A program made the translations under genes and the position numbers. A stretch of DNA of 64,000 nt from Ignavibacteriota bacterium (GTDB taxonomy: Bacteria > Bacteroidota > Ignavibacteria > Palsa-1295), in assembly GCA_963787835.1 (NCBI GenBank), contig CAWBEI010000002.1:160001-224000 (forward strand), written 5' to 3'. Shown here piece after piece: positions 27,824 through 36,855 of this stretch (the first letter of the stretch is position 1; every line of letters begins with the position of its first letter). Under the pieces are notes generated by a model. The model worked only from the letters and a program-made list of their open reading frames with translations, was not told the origin of the DNA and did no database searches.

Positions 27824-29410
27824 CTACTCAAAGGATGAGAGAGCGCTGGTCGTTCCCGCAGGCTGCTTCGGAGCCACTTTTTGTACTTTAAGCACCTTCT
27901 CATAGACTTGAGCATATTCGACCGCTGACCGATCCCAGGAGAAATCCTTTTTCATGCCATTGATCTGAAGCTGCCGCCAGAGCGGCTGATCGTTATGATA
28001 GATCTTCAGCGCATGTTCGATGGCTTTCCAGAACGCATGCGCATCGTATTTCTCGAAGGTAAATCCGGTTGGCCGCGTGCGCGGTCGGTCGGCTGCACCA
28101 TCGAGATCGATCACGGTATCCGCCAAACCACCGGTCTTGCGAACAACAGGGACCGTCCCATAGTGCATGGAATACATCTGGTTCAGGCCGCAGGGTTCAT
28201 AGGCACTCGGCATAAGAAAAATATCGCACCCGGCCTCGATCTTATGCGCAAAACTATCGTGGAATCCAAAATAGATACCAATGTGGTCAGGATGCTTCTT
28301 TTGCAATTTCGTCAGAATATCGACGTATTTCTTATCGCCCTCGCCGAGCACGACAAGTTGAGCATCCGCCTCGACGATCTTTTCGATGATCTCGACCAAT
28401 AAGCCGAATCCCTTTTGGTCGATAAGGCGTGCGATCATGCCGAGCACCGGGCGGCCCTCCTTATACGGAATATTCATATCGAAGCAAAGGTCTTGCTTGC
28501 AGGCTTCTTTCGCTGAAAAATCGCCTTCTACAAAATCTTCGGTGGCATAGGGCCGCACGATATTCACATCGTTGGCCGGATCCCAGACGAGCAGATCGAT
28601 CCCATTTAAAATTCCATGCAGATCGCGTTTGCGTTTAGCGAGTAGCTGGTCGAGGCCGCAGCCAAATTCCGGCGTGCGAATCTCTTCCGCATACGTCTGG
28701 CTGACGGTAGTAATCGCATCGGCATACGCAATGCCGGATTTGAGATAAGAGACCTGGCCATAGAATTCCAATCCATCGGGCGTGAAAAATTCCTGCGGGA
28801 GTTCGAGCTTTGGAAATGTCGATGCAGGAAAATTCCCTTGATACTCCAGATTGTGAACCGTGAACACCACTTTCGTATCCTTGAAGAATGGATCGTCTTT
28901 GAATCGTCCTTTCAGGAGTGCAGGCACGAGGCCGCCCTGCCAGTCATTACAATGAATGATGTCCGGCTTCCATTGCAGCAAGCGGCATAACTCGAACGCG
29001 GCAAGCCCATAGAGCAAGAAGCGTTCGTCGTTATCGGGATAATCGGTATGGGTAACGGGATCGACGTAAAGCCCCAGACGCTGGAAGTATTCTTCGTTCT
29101 CCAGAAAATACAGTTGAATGCGCGTTTTGTTCGTCAGGATCGCGGAAGATTTTAAATTGGTAACAAGGGTTTTGCCAGCGATCTCGAACTCCACGCCCTG
29201 CAACCGGTTGATAAGATGGATCTTCTGCTTTTTCTCGCCGATGAATCCGTACTTCGGCATCATGACGCGCACATCATGACCAAGCTCGCGAAGAGCCTGC
29301 GGCAGCGCGGCGCTGACATCCGCCAGCCCGCCTGTTTTCGCGAACGGATACACTTCCGTCGAAAGAAAAAGAACGTTCCGAGGGGTAAATTGTGGCCGTG
29401 GTGAGGTCAT
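27824..29410 (-). CDS. glgA: Glycogen synthase (GT5)
   Basis: PFAKTGGLADV, HCNDWQ, TVHNLEYQG, MPSAYEPCGLNQ, TGGLADTV. Confidence 0.95.
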   Translation of the reverse strand: MTSPRPQFTPRNVLFLSTEVYPFAKTGGLADVSAALPQALRELGHDVRVMMPKYGFIGEKKQKIHLINRLQGVEFEIAGKTLVTNLKSSAILTNKTRIQLYFLENEEYFQRLGLYVDPVTHTDYPDNDERFLLYGLAAFELCRLLQWKPDIIHCNDWQGGLVPALLKGRFKDDPFFKDTKVVFTVHNLEYQGNFPASTFPKLELPQEFFTPDGLEFYGQVSYLKSGIAYADAITTVSQTYAEEIRTPEFGCGLDQLLAKRKRDLHGILNGIDLLVWDPANDVNIVRPYATEDFVEGDFSAKEACKQDLCFDMNIPYKEGRPVLGMIARLIDQKGFGLLVEIIEKIVEADAQLVVLGEGDKKYVDILTKLQKKHPDHIGIYFGFHDSFAHKIEAGCDIFLMPSAYEPCGLNQMYSMHYGTVPVVRKTGGLADTVIDLDGAADRPRTRPTGFTFEKYDAHAFWKAIEHALKIYHNDQPLWRQLQINGMKKDFSWDRSAVEYAQVYEKVLKVQKVAPKQPAGTTSALSSFE

Positions 29411-29561
29411 TTTTTAGAACGTGGAGAGGTGTGGCGACTGGTCCTTAAACAGAGCTTCCGTCACCCGCAAAACATGAATTTCAATACGCGACGCTAAAAA
29501 TGTAGTATTTTAGATTGTTGAGTTATGTGTCCGAAGTCCTGTGACGTGACACAAACATCTA

Positions 29562-29569
29562 CAAAAATA
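29562..29569 (-). promoter_or_regulatory. TAnnTTTG -7 element upstream of glgA
   Basis: CAAAAATA on the plus strand, i.e. TATTTTTG on the minus strand. Confidence 0.45.
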
Positions 29570-29633
29570 CGGAATTTTCGAGGGGAATGTGTGGAATGGG
29601 GAAATACCTTACTTTACCATTGTTCTTGACATC

Positions 29634-29740
29634 GTCATTGCGAGGAGCATTTGGCGATCGAAGAGAGCCAAATGCGACGAAGCAATCCCTCTCCATTGAA
29701 TAGATTGCTTCGTCGTCCCTCCGGGACTCCTCGCAATGAC
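29634..29740. repeat. Palindromic repeat family B, full copy (GTCATTGCGAGGAG...CTCCTCGCAATGAC)
   Basis: Terminal inverted repeat with inner CGACGAAGCAATC/GATTGCTTCGTCG. Confidence 0.85.
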
Positions 29741-29750
29741 AGGGTAAACG

Positions 29751-30206
29751 TTATTGCTCCAACGCCCAGACCCGCGCAACCTGCTCCTTGTTCCACGCGC
29801 TTTGGGCATCGCCGGAAGAAATGGGCGTAGCGAACCAGGCATCGAGGATCTCCTTCATTACCGGTACCGGAGTAGCGCGAAGACTTAGCGCAAGCACATT
29901 CGCGTGATTGAAAATGCGGGCGCCCCGAGCAGTTTCGGCGTCTCCGGCAAGAGCGCAGCGAACGCCAGCGATCTTATTTGCCGCGATAGCGACACCCGTT
30001 CCAGTCCAGCAGCAGACGATCCCTTCCACTGCGCTGCCATCGGCCACGGCACGCGCCACATCTGCTGCGACGAGCGGCCAATCGCGGTTCGCCTCTCCGA
30101 TCGTCAGTGGACCAAATGCTACAAGCGTGTGCCCGCGATTCTCAAGCTCGGATTTGAGCGCTTGCGTTAGTTCTGTTGCCGTGTCGCTGCCGATGGATAT
30201 TTTCAT
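29751..30206 (-). CDS. RpiB/LacA/LacB family sugar-phosphate isomerase, divergent paralogue
   Basis: CCWTGTGVAIAANK, ARIFNHANVLALS; lacks the SDH His and the C-terminal GGRH. Confidence 0.85.
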   Translation of the reverse strand: MKISIGSDTATELTQALKSELENRGHTLVAFGPLTIGEANRDWPLVAADVARAVADGSAVEGIVCCWTGTGVAIAANKIAGVRCALAGDAETARGARIFNHANVLALSLRATPVPVMKEILDAWFATPISSGDAQSAWNKEQVARVWALEQ

Positions 30207-30333
30207 GTTTTCTGAAAGTGTGTAAACCGGGTTTTAACCCGGTTCAGAATGATCGATCATGCTTTTTCAATTCGCTGGAATAGGCGCATATTATGTGCCA
30301 GTTTTGCATGGCGGAACTCAATAAAAACATTGA

Positions 30334-30558
30334 TTACACTTTTTTAAATGCATTGTCGATGAGAAGGATGCCGGGATGAACTCCTAACGCATCGGCAAGT
30401 TGACATAAATTTGAAAGAGTAAGATTCATCTCTCCCCTTTCCACCGCGCCGATATATGTTCTTTTGAAACCAGATTTTAATGCGAAACCCTCCTGAGAAA
30501 AGCCCTTAGCCTCTCTCAAAAATCGTATATTTCTACCCACTATTTTCTGCATATCCAT
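30334..30558 (-). CDS. XRE family HTH transcriptional regulator
   Basis: GRNIRFLREAKGFSQEGFA...RTYIGAVERGEMNLTLSNL..LADALGV; start ATG 30558 or 30552. Confidence 0.9.
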   Translation of the reverse strand: MDMQKIVGRNIRFLREAKGFSQEGFALKSGFKRTYIGAVERGEMNLTLSNLCQLADALGVHPGILLIDNAFKKV

Positions 30559-30612
30559 GCTGTAAAAGGATGGAATATGAAGGGGCGGTAAAATTACGCC
30601 ATTCAAGCATGG

Positions 30613-30635
30613 CGACAAAAAATGTCGTATATTTG
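30613..30635 (+). promoter_or_regulatory. Palindromic operator CGACA-N5-TGTCG abutting a TATATTTG -7 element
   Basis: CGACA 30613-30617, TGTCG 30623-30627, TATATTTG 30628-30635, between the divergent XRE and secreted-protein genes. Confidence 0.6.
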
Positions 30636-30688
30636 TATTGACTTTTGAGATTCAATACTTCAAACATTCTATATCTGGTAGGGTTTTT

Positions 30689-31693
30689 ATGAAACGAATC
30701 ATTTTCCCCGTTCTGCTTCTCAGCATGGTTTTCGTGGCTTCGATAGCGCGAGCGCAAGCTCCGACTTACTATGGAGCATTGCTTTATAGCATGCACGCTG
30801 ATACTTCTGAGCCTCCGCTATACACGGGCCAACCAACGGCTGTAACAACGGCGTACCTCTGGCTCGATGAGGCGATGAGGTTTTATAACGAATCTACAAT
30901 TGAACATTTTATAAATGCACTTTCGTGGGATGATACCCCCCAGACGATAGCAAGCAATTTTTATCAGATCCAACATGATAACCCTCTCTCGTTCTATGTA
31001 TGGTCTGGAGATCGGATGAGACCAAACCCCTATAAGGCTGAACCAAGCATGGCTCGTGAATTTTTCGAAAATTTCGTTTCCACGAGCGCAGGAGACACGG
31101 CCCGAACGAGTTGGCTTCTGTCAGCAGATATTATCGCGGATATTACTGTTTCAGACACATTGTGCAGATTCGATCCCACTGCAATGAGTGTGAAAGACTG
31201 GGTTTTGGTAAATTCGACCGTACTCGACACCATAAAAGGTAAAAAAATTCCAGAGTGTTCTGGTTATTTCAGAACGGGAAAGAAGATCGAATTGCCCCTA
31301 AGCACCCCCACATCAGCCTTGCCAGTCTATGCTGTCGCTGCAAACGTTGGCACATGCCTTCAATTCCAATATTCACCGGAAGGGCATCGAAGTCTTGACG
31401 AAGATATGCTTAATAATTCCCTAAAGGATTCATTGGGAGGATGGTGGATCAAACCAGGTAAAGAGTATATTGTTTTTCTCTCTTTCGTGGGAATCGGAGC
31501 GGACACTTCTTCAGCATATTTTACCACTTGTCCGTGTAATGGTATTACCGGCCATAGTGGGGGAATGTATTTGGTTAAGAGTGGGGTCGTACAGGATCCG
31601 TATGATGATTTTGGGTTAGGTGGAACTGGTTTGACTGTAGCCGCTTGGAAATCCCGGTTGCGAGCGCGAATTAACGCAATTATTACTCCTTGA
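30689..31693 (+). CDS. Secreted hypothetical protein with a possible TIMP/NTR-like OB-fold C-terminal domain
   Basis: Signal peptide MKRIIF...ARAQ; pattern ADIIADITV...VLDTIKG...IKPGKEYIVFL; several Cys. The fold call is inference. Confidence 0.6.
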   Translation: MKRIIFPVLLLSMVFVASIARAQAPTYYGALLYSMHADTSEPPLYTGQPTAVTTAYLWLDEAMRFYNESTIEHFINALSWDDTPQTIASNFYQIQHDNPLSFYVWSGDRMRPNPYKAEPSMAREFFENFVSTSAGDTARTSWLLSADIIADITVSDTLCRFDPTAMSVKDWVLVNSTVLDTIKGKKIPECSGYFRTGKKIELPLSTPTSALPVYAVAANVGTCLQFQYSPEGHRSLDEDMLNNSLKDSLGGWWIKPGKEYIVFLSFVGIGADTSSAYFTTCPCNGITGHSGGMYLVKSGVVQDPYDDFGLGGTGLTVAAWKSRLRARINAIITP

Positions 31694-31728
31694 AATTATC
31701 CATTAAATATTAGAAGTGGAGTGATTTA

Positions 31729-33318
31729 ATGAAACGCATTATCGCATTAGTTCCATTAGTGTTACTTTTGATTTCGAATGAAACATCTGCACAGGTGAGA
31801 TGCACCACCCCGTGCTGGGAGCAAAGCTTCCCTTATCTCTTTTGTGATCCCAGATCAGGTATTCAATCAGTAGGTTGCTCTACTAACCCGAATGACGATC
31901 CGCAGGGAATTCCTACAAAAGCGTACATACCCGGCTGTGTATCGATCTATTACGAATTTAACTTGGATACGCTTTGGCAACCTTCTGATCCGATTCCGGT
32001 TTTTACTGAGACCCCACCGGATAGAGAAACAATTTATGAGGCGTATGTAGATAATCTGAGCTCGTATCCCGGACCGCCCTGGTTCAATCCTTTTGACCCT
32101 GATTCGGACGTTTGGAGTGATGACTATTCGGCTTACGTGGCTGCTACACTGCAATGGGATAAGGACACTTCGAATTTTTTCGCTGGCCTCGGATGGGAAA
32201 TGATTGATACGTCGGGCATGGATAGTAATGCTCAAGGTGCCGTCGTAAATTTTTATATTGGCGACTATAATAACTTGTTCGCAGTATATGATAACGAAGA
32301 GACCGCGTATGAAGACAGTTTGAATGCTTACAATAGAGGCACGGATGTTCACTATGTGCAGCCATGGAACGATGTTCAGGCGGACTCAGATGCACAACAT
32401 GCTCTTGATAATTGGCTTGGGGTATGTCACCCGGCAATAAGCTCAGATGGGCCAGGATGTTGCATTCACGTCAATCTTGATGCCAATCCTAATGATTTTA
32501 ATCCAGCGGCGACAGACTTTGCTGAAACTCGTAGTGATAGCAATCAAGAGGGATTTCCAAATTGTGATGAAGCTTCCTGTCCCGACTTATACAGATTTAT
32601 CAACGTCAATGTATCTCCGGCTTTTCTTTATCAATCTAATAATCCGCTAACATGGCATTCCGACCCTGGTTATAAACTTCATTCTTCCCCGAAAAGGATT
32701 TGGTACACTGGGACCGGTTTGCCTTTTATGCCTAATATTTATTATTATGGCGGTTACAACGTTCTTAGCTTCTATCAATTGATGGAGCATGAGATAGGGC
32801 ATTGGCTTGGGCTTATGCACCCAGAATCCGGCCCCCCCAATGGAAATTCTACTTATGCCTGTCCGAATTGCTATACTAACAATCCTTATGTTACCCCTGC
32901 TCAAAAATATAATCCATCGGGTTTCTGGACAGTTATGGCTCAAGGTAACAATATTCAGAATGACACAGCTCTCCTTCTGACCAACGAAGATAGCTGTCAA
33001 TTTAAGAAGCTCTATTGTGAGGAGGATGTATCTGTTAAGCTTGCTCCGCAAAGAGACAACTGGTTCAATCCAGAGGTCTTTCCGAATCCATCCAATGGCG
33101 GGATGACGCTGACCTTCACCAGCATAGCACCAAGCCTCACACAGATAGCGGTCTATGATGTGCTCGGCAATGAGGTGAAGGAAGTATGTAATGGGTATAT
33201 GAATCCTGGGCCTTACTCCATTCCTCTCGGGACTGAATCATTACCATCGGGTAATTACGTGTGTCGTGTTCGTGTAGGCGATATGGTAAGTTATATTAAT
33301 CTGGCAATTACAAAGTAA
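31729..33318 (+). CDS. T9SS-secreted zinc metallopeptidase (metzincin clan)
   Basis: Signal peptide, HEIGHWLGLMH (HExxHxxGxxH), probable Met-turn TVMA, CTD VFPNP...VYDVLGNEV...SGNYVCRV. Confidence 0.88.
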   Translation: MKRIIALVPLVLLLISNETSAQVRCTTPCWEQSFPYLFCDPRSGIQSVGCSTNPNDDPQGIPTKAYIPGCVSIYYEFNLDTLWQPSDPIPVFTETPPDRETIYEAYVDNLSSYPGPPWFNPFDPDSDVWSDDYSAYVAATLQWDKDTSNFFAGLGWEMIDTSGMDSNAQGAVVNFYIGDYNNLFAVYDNEETAYEDSLNAYNRGTDVHYVQPWNDVQADSDAQHALDNWLGVCHPAISSDGPGCCIHVNLDANPNDFNPAATDFAETRSDSNQEGFPNCDEASCPDLYRFINVNVSPAFLYQSNNPLTWHSDPGYKLHSSPKRIWYTGTGLPFMPNIYYYGGYNVLSFYQLMEHEIGHWLGLMHPESGPPNGNSTYACPNCYTNNPYVTPAQKYNPSGFWTVMAQGNNIQNDTALLLTNEDSCQFKKLYCEEDVSVKLAPQRDNWFNPEVFPNPSNGGMTLTFTSIAPSLTQIAVYDVLGNEVKEVCNGYMNPGPYSIPLGTESLPSGNYVCRVRVGDMVSYINLAITK

Positions 33319-33327
33319 TAGCAAAAT

Positions 33328-36300
33328 TTATCTCGCCACACCCCCCTTTCTCGCTGTCTTCTCGCGATCGTTGCCGAGGACGAGGAAGTAATCGCCGCTG
33401 GCATTCGGGATGGGAATGGATGCGTGATGCTCGCCGAGGGAGGTTTCTAGCTCGGTGATGCGGGAAATGCGGGCGCCGGTGGCATCGTACATATCGAGCG
33501 TGAGCGTGGTCACTTCTGCGCGTGTGATGTAATCAATATCCCATACGCCGGAAGAAGCTGGGTTCGGCGCCACGCCAATAAAGGTAAAACTGATCGGCTG
33601 TTCGCGCAGCAGATCGAGCAGATAGGGATCGCCGCATTCCATCGCGATCGTGAACGGCTGCTCCGGAATGCTGCACAGCCCGAGCGTGGGTTCCCGATCG
33701 GTCGAGAACGTGTTTAACTGCACTTCAGTCGTCGTATCGATGGTGAGCGCAACGTTCGTCTTGATATAGACCAGTGGCAACGTGAGAGGACTGTTCTCCG
33801 AAACCGTATCGATCAGATTTACCGTACCAGAACACCCGATGCCGGGTTCCGGCGTGAACGAATAGGTTAGCATACGCGCCGAGCAGGTGTTCGCAAACTC
33901 AAGATCGGATGGCGTCAGCAGATCGGTATTGAACGAAAGATGGAACGTGTAACTATGGATCGAAAACGTATCCGTCGTCGGCGTTAGCATAATGGGAATA
34001 TCGAGGACGTTCCCAGCCGCGAGCGATGGAAGCGCAGGAATGAATGGAGCCGGAGCCGTTAGATTTTTCGCGGCGATCGTGATCAGGGTGTCGATCGCCA
34101 GCCCGTTCTCATGCACATACAGCTTTGCCGTAATCGTACGCGAACCTGTGCTATCCGGCGTGAATGTAACGAACGTGGAATCTATTTCGCCCGGCTGAAG
34201 CGAATCCGGTGGTTTCGGCAGGTAAAATTCGTTCAGAGAATCGCCTGTGACGATGAGGGAATCAATAGTCATCACATTGCACCCCAAATTCCCAATGATG
34301 AATGGCACCCTTACCGTCTGACAATATTTCGTGAACAGCCAAAGCGAATCCGAGGAAAGCGCAAGCGGTTCGGATGCAATAGTGTTCGATACCGTCACCG
34401 AGATCGTCGTATCGATGACGCGCTGAGCGGTGTGCATCGCTAAACGCATGGTGAGTGCCTTCGTTTTTCCATCCAACGGATTATACGCAATGTGGATCGG
34501 CAAAATGTTCCCGCTCTGAATGGGCGACTGCGTGGGATCGTAGCCAACCGTTATTTCACTACCATCCCCGATCGTTACAGAATCCAGGAATAACATTCCG
34601 CATCCCTGATTAGAGACCAACAGCGTATCCGAAAGCGAGAGGCAGCTCCCCGTCGCAAGCGTAATTGCATCCTGCGAAAGCGTCGCCGATTGCGGAAGGG
34701 TAATGTTACTGGCGGAAACAAGGATGGTCGTGTCGCACAAACCCCATTTGCCGTGTGCGAAGATCCGAATGCTGTCATTCGAAGTGCCGGCAGAATCCGG
34801 TGCATACTGGATGCTAAGGCTATCGCCGATCGAAGGCGCAAGTCCGGAGGGTGCGTGCATCAATACAAACGAGCCATTCGCGGAAACGAGGGAATCAAAA
34901 ATGATGCTATCGCATCCGGGCGCGTGAAGACCAATATTCGAAACCACCGGTTGGCAGTACTTCGTCCCAAGCGAAACCGACGTACTATCGAGCACGAAAC
35001 GTTCCGGCTCTGGGGCGGATCGAACAAAGATTGAAATAATAGTATCATACGCACGGCGGCCATCGTGTGCATAGACTATGGCGGTAAGCGTATCCGCGCC
35101 CGCGCTATTCGGCTGAAATAGGAAGTGGAGCGGGTATTGCGTTGTATCCACCAAAAGGGTCGGAAGTATATTCAACAATCTGACACCGCCATTGGTAAAA
35201 GTTACCGAATCGAGCACCATCCCCGGACACGCAAGATTGGCTATCAACACGGTATCATAGGCGGCAGTGCATGCACCGGCGTTCATTCTGCTGGTATCTT
35301 TCGAGAGCGAAAGCGTCGATGGCTCATTATTTTGGGTAATAATGGTTACTGTTTTGGCGACAACGTCTTCCCCGGAATGTGCGAAGATGGTTGCCTTGGT
35401 TACGATCCTGCCACTCTTTGTGGGTGAATAGAGAAGTATAACCCGTGTGGAGTCTCCAGCGCTAAGCGTCTGCGGCAATGTGCCATCGTTCGGAAGCCGT
35501 AGGAACTCCGATCCGCTCGGCAAAACGATGGAGTCTATCGTTACCGGAATACAATTGACACCACTGATGCTAAATGCAAGTGTATCGCCACAGGGATTCG
35601 GCAGCCAGTTAATGGTATCCGAAGCAAGAGCAACTTTCCCGGTAAGGGTTCCATCGCCTCCGTCATCTGTTTTATAGACATCACCGAACGCATCGAAGGC
35701 ATAAACGATCTGGCCCATACAGCCCGCTACCACGAACCGTGTATCCCGACTGGTAGAAGGACCATTCACAAAATGCCAGGTTGCGCCGGTATCATCGGAA
35801 CGATACATGCCATGTTGGTAGGAATCGGCATCTAAGTAGGAGTATAAGGTTCCAGTATCCGTTTGGAAATAGAGCGTTTTCCCCTGCCCTTCGATCGTGC
35901 CGGTAAAGTGCATTGCGGGAAAACTTGCGCGCTGGCTCCAGGTAAATCCGCCATCCGTTGACCAATTGATCGATTGGTGCGGAATGAAATCCTGTGACTC
36001 ATTCGCACAGAGATAGATACGTTGCCCCGGCATCACATACACCGACCACGATTCATATTGATTTGTGAGGCTCGACTGCCACGTTCGGCCCGCATCTAAC
36101 GTAACCCAAAAGTTATTACCGGGCGCATTGGGATTCATTTCCGTTATCACGCCATTGAGGCTATCCGAAAAAGCGATCCCATTGCAGCGGCGAAAATTTG
36201 GGGTCCACGTTACTCCGCCATCATACGAGTAATCCCCGCCGAGTGGGTCAGGCGGAAAATAGTGGCTGGTTTCAGAACCATCCCACTTCGTAATGAGTAT

Positions 36301-36816
36301 CAAACCGTTCTGTACATAAACACTTGTAATAGCATGATCGAGATGGAACGGATCGAACCATGTACTTCCGCCATCAGTCGTCTTCCAGAGCGAGGAACCA
36401 CCGAAGGTAAGTTGAGTGGAATAATCGACCGAAGGCAGAATGGACGCAAAACCTATTAGCGAATCCTGCATCCAGATCGAAGTAACAGCTCCATTGATCT
36501 GTGCCGGCACCGTTGAGATAGTCCAAGTTATTCCTCCGTCAGTCGTTCGATAAATAGCGCATGCGTCATTCGGATACACTTCTGCCCAGCGAATGCCCGA
36601 GCCGATAAGACCATGATCTTCATCGGTGAAAAACCCACAGCCGATCGAAGTTGGAAAGGTTTGGAGAAGCTTCCAGGTATTTCGTTGAGCTTTTAGTGGA
36701 AGAGTCGATGCCGTGATGATGAGCAATAAAAGAATCGGGAACACTCTCACGCGCAAACGCTGTAACGACCGATTCGGCCATCGAGGAACGAGAAAGAAAG
36801 AGACTACTTCGCTCAT
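33328..36816 (-). CDS. Large secreted protein: Asp-box/BNR beta-propeller, tandem Ig-like domains, cohesin-like segment and degenerate T9SS CTD
   Basis: Repeated (T/S)xDGGxTW motifs; repeated C....IxNxGC...IDS...F.P units; C-terminal VAPNPA...YDATG...SGDYFLVL. Confidence 0.8.
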   Translation of the reverse strand: MSEVVSFFLVPRWPNRSLQRLRVRVFPILLLLIITASTLPLKAQRNTWKLLQTFPTSIGCGFFTDEDHGLIGSGIRWAEVYPNDACAIYRTTDGGITWTISTVPAQINGAVTSIWMQDSLIGFASILPSVDYSTQLTFGGSSLWKTTDGGSTWFDPFHLDHAITSVYVQNGLILITKWDGSETSHYFPPDPLGGDYSYDGGVTWTPNFRRCNGIAFSDSLNGVITEMNPNAPGNNFWVTLDAGRTWQSSLTNQYESWSVYVMPGQRIYLCANESQDFIPHQSINWSTDGGFTWSQRASFPAMHFTGTIEGQGKTLYFQTDTGTLYSYLDADSYQHGMYRSDDTGATWHFVNGPSTSRDTRFVVAGCMGQIVYAFDAFGDVYKTDDGGDGTLTGKVALASDTINWLPNPCGDTLAFSISGVNCIPVTIDSIVLPSGSEFLRLPNDGTLPQTLSAGDSTRVILLYSPTKSGRIVTKATIFAHSGEDVVAKTVTIITQNNEPSTLSLSKDTSRMNAGACTAAYDTVLIANLACPGMVLDSVTFTNGGVRLLNILPTLLVDTTQYPLHFLFQPNSAGADTLTAIVYAHDGRRAYDTIISIFVRSAPEPERFVLDSTSVSLGTKYCQPVVSNIGLHAPGCDSIIFDSLVSANGSFVLMHAPSGLAPSIGDSLSIQYAPDSAGTSNDSIRIFAHGKWGLCDTTILVSASNITLPQSATLSQDAITLATGSCLSLSDTLLVSNQGCGMLFLDSVTIGDGSEITVGYDPTQSPIQSGNILPIHIAYNPLDGKTKALTMRLAMHTAQRVIDTTISVTVSNTIASEPLALSSDSLWLFTKYCQTVRVPFIIGNLGCNVMTIDSLIVTGDSLNEFYLPKPPDSLQPGEIDSTFVTFTPDSTGSRTITAKLYVHENGLAIDTLITIAAKNLTAPAPFIPALPSLAAGNVLDIPIMLTPTTDTFSIHSYTFHLSFNTDLLTPSDLEFANTCSARMLTYSFTPEPGIGCSGTVNLIDTVSENSPLTLPLVYIKTNVALTIDTTTEVQLNTFSTDREPTLGLCSIPEQPFTIAMECGDPYLLDLLREQPISFTFIGVAPNPASSGVWDIDYITRAEVTTLTLDMYDATGARISRITELETSLGEHHASIPIPNASGDYFLVLGNDREKTARKGGVAR

Positions 36817-36855
36817 GGAAGCGTTACGATATTAGATCAACGACCGCCCTCAACG

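Noticed and set aside
29609-29842. Short ORFs spanning palindromic repeats (also 24564-24749, 43505-43693, 14880-15065, 38118-38372)
   Set aside because: They are translations of REP-like elements with no independent coding evidence.
30225-30245. AACCGGGTTTTAACCCGGTT hairpin as an RNA gene
   Set aside because: A single short palindrome; more likely a repeat remnant or terminator, with no supporting structure.
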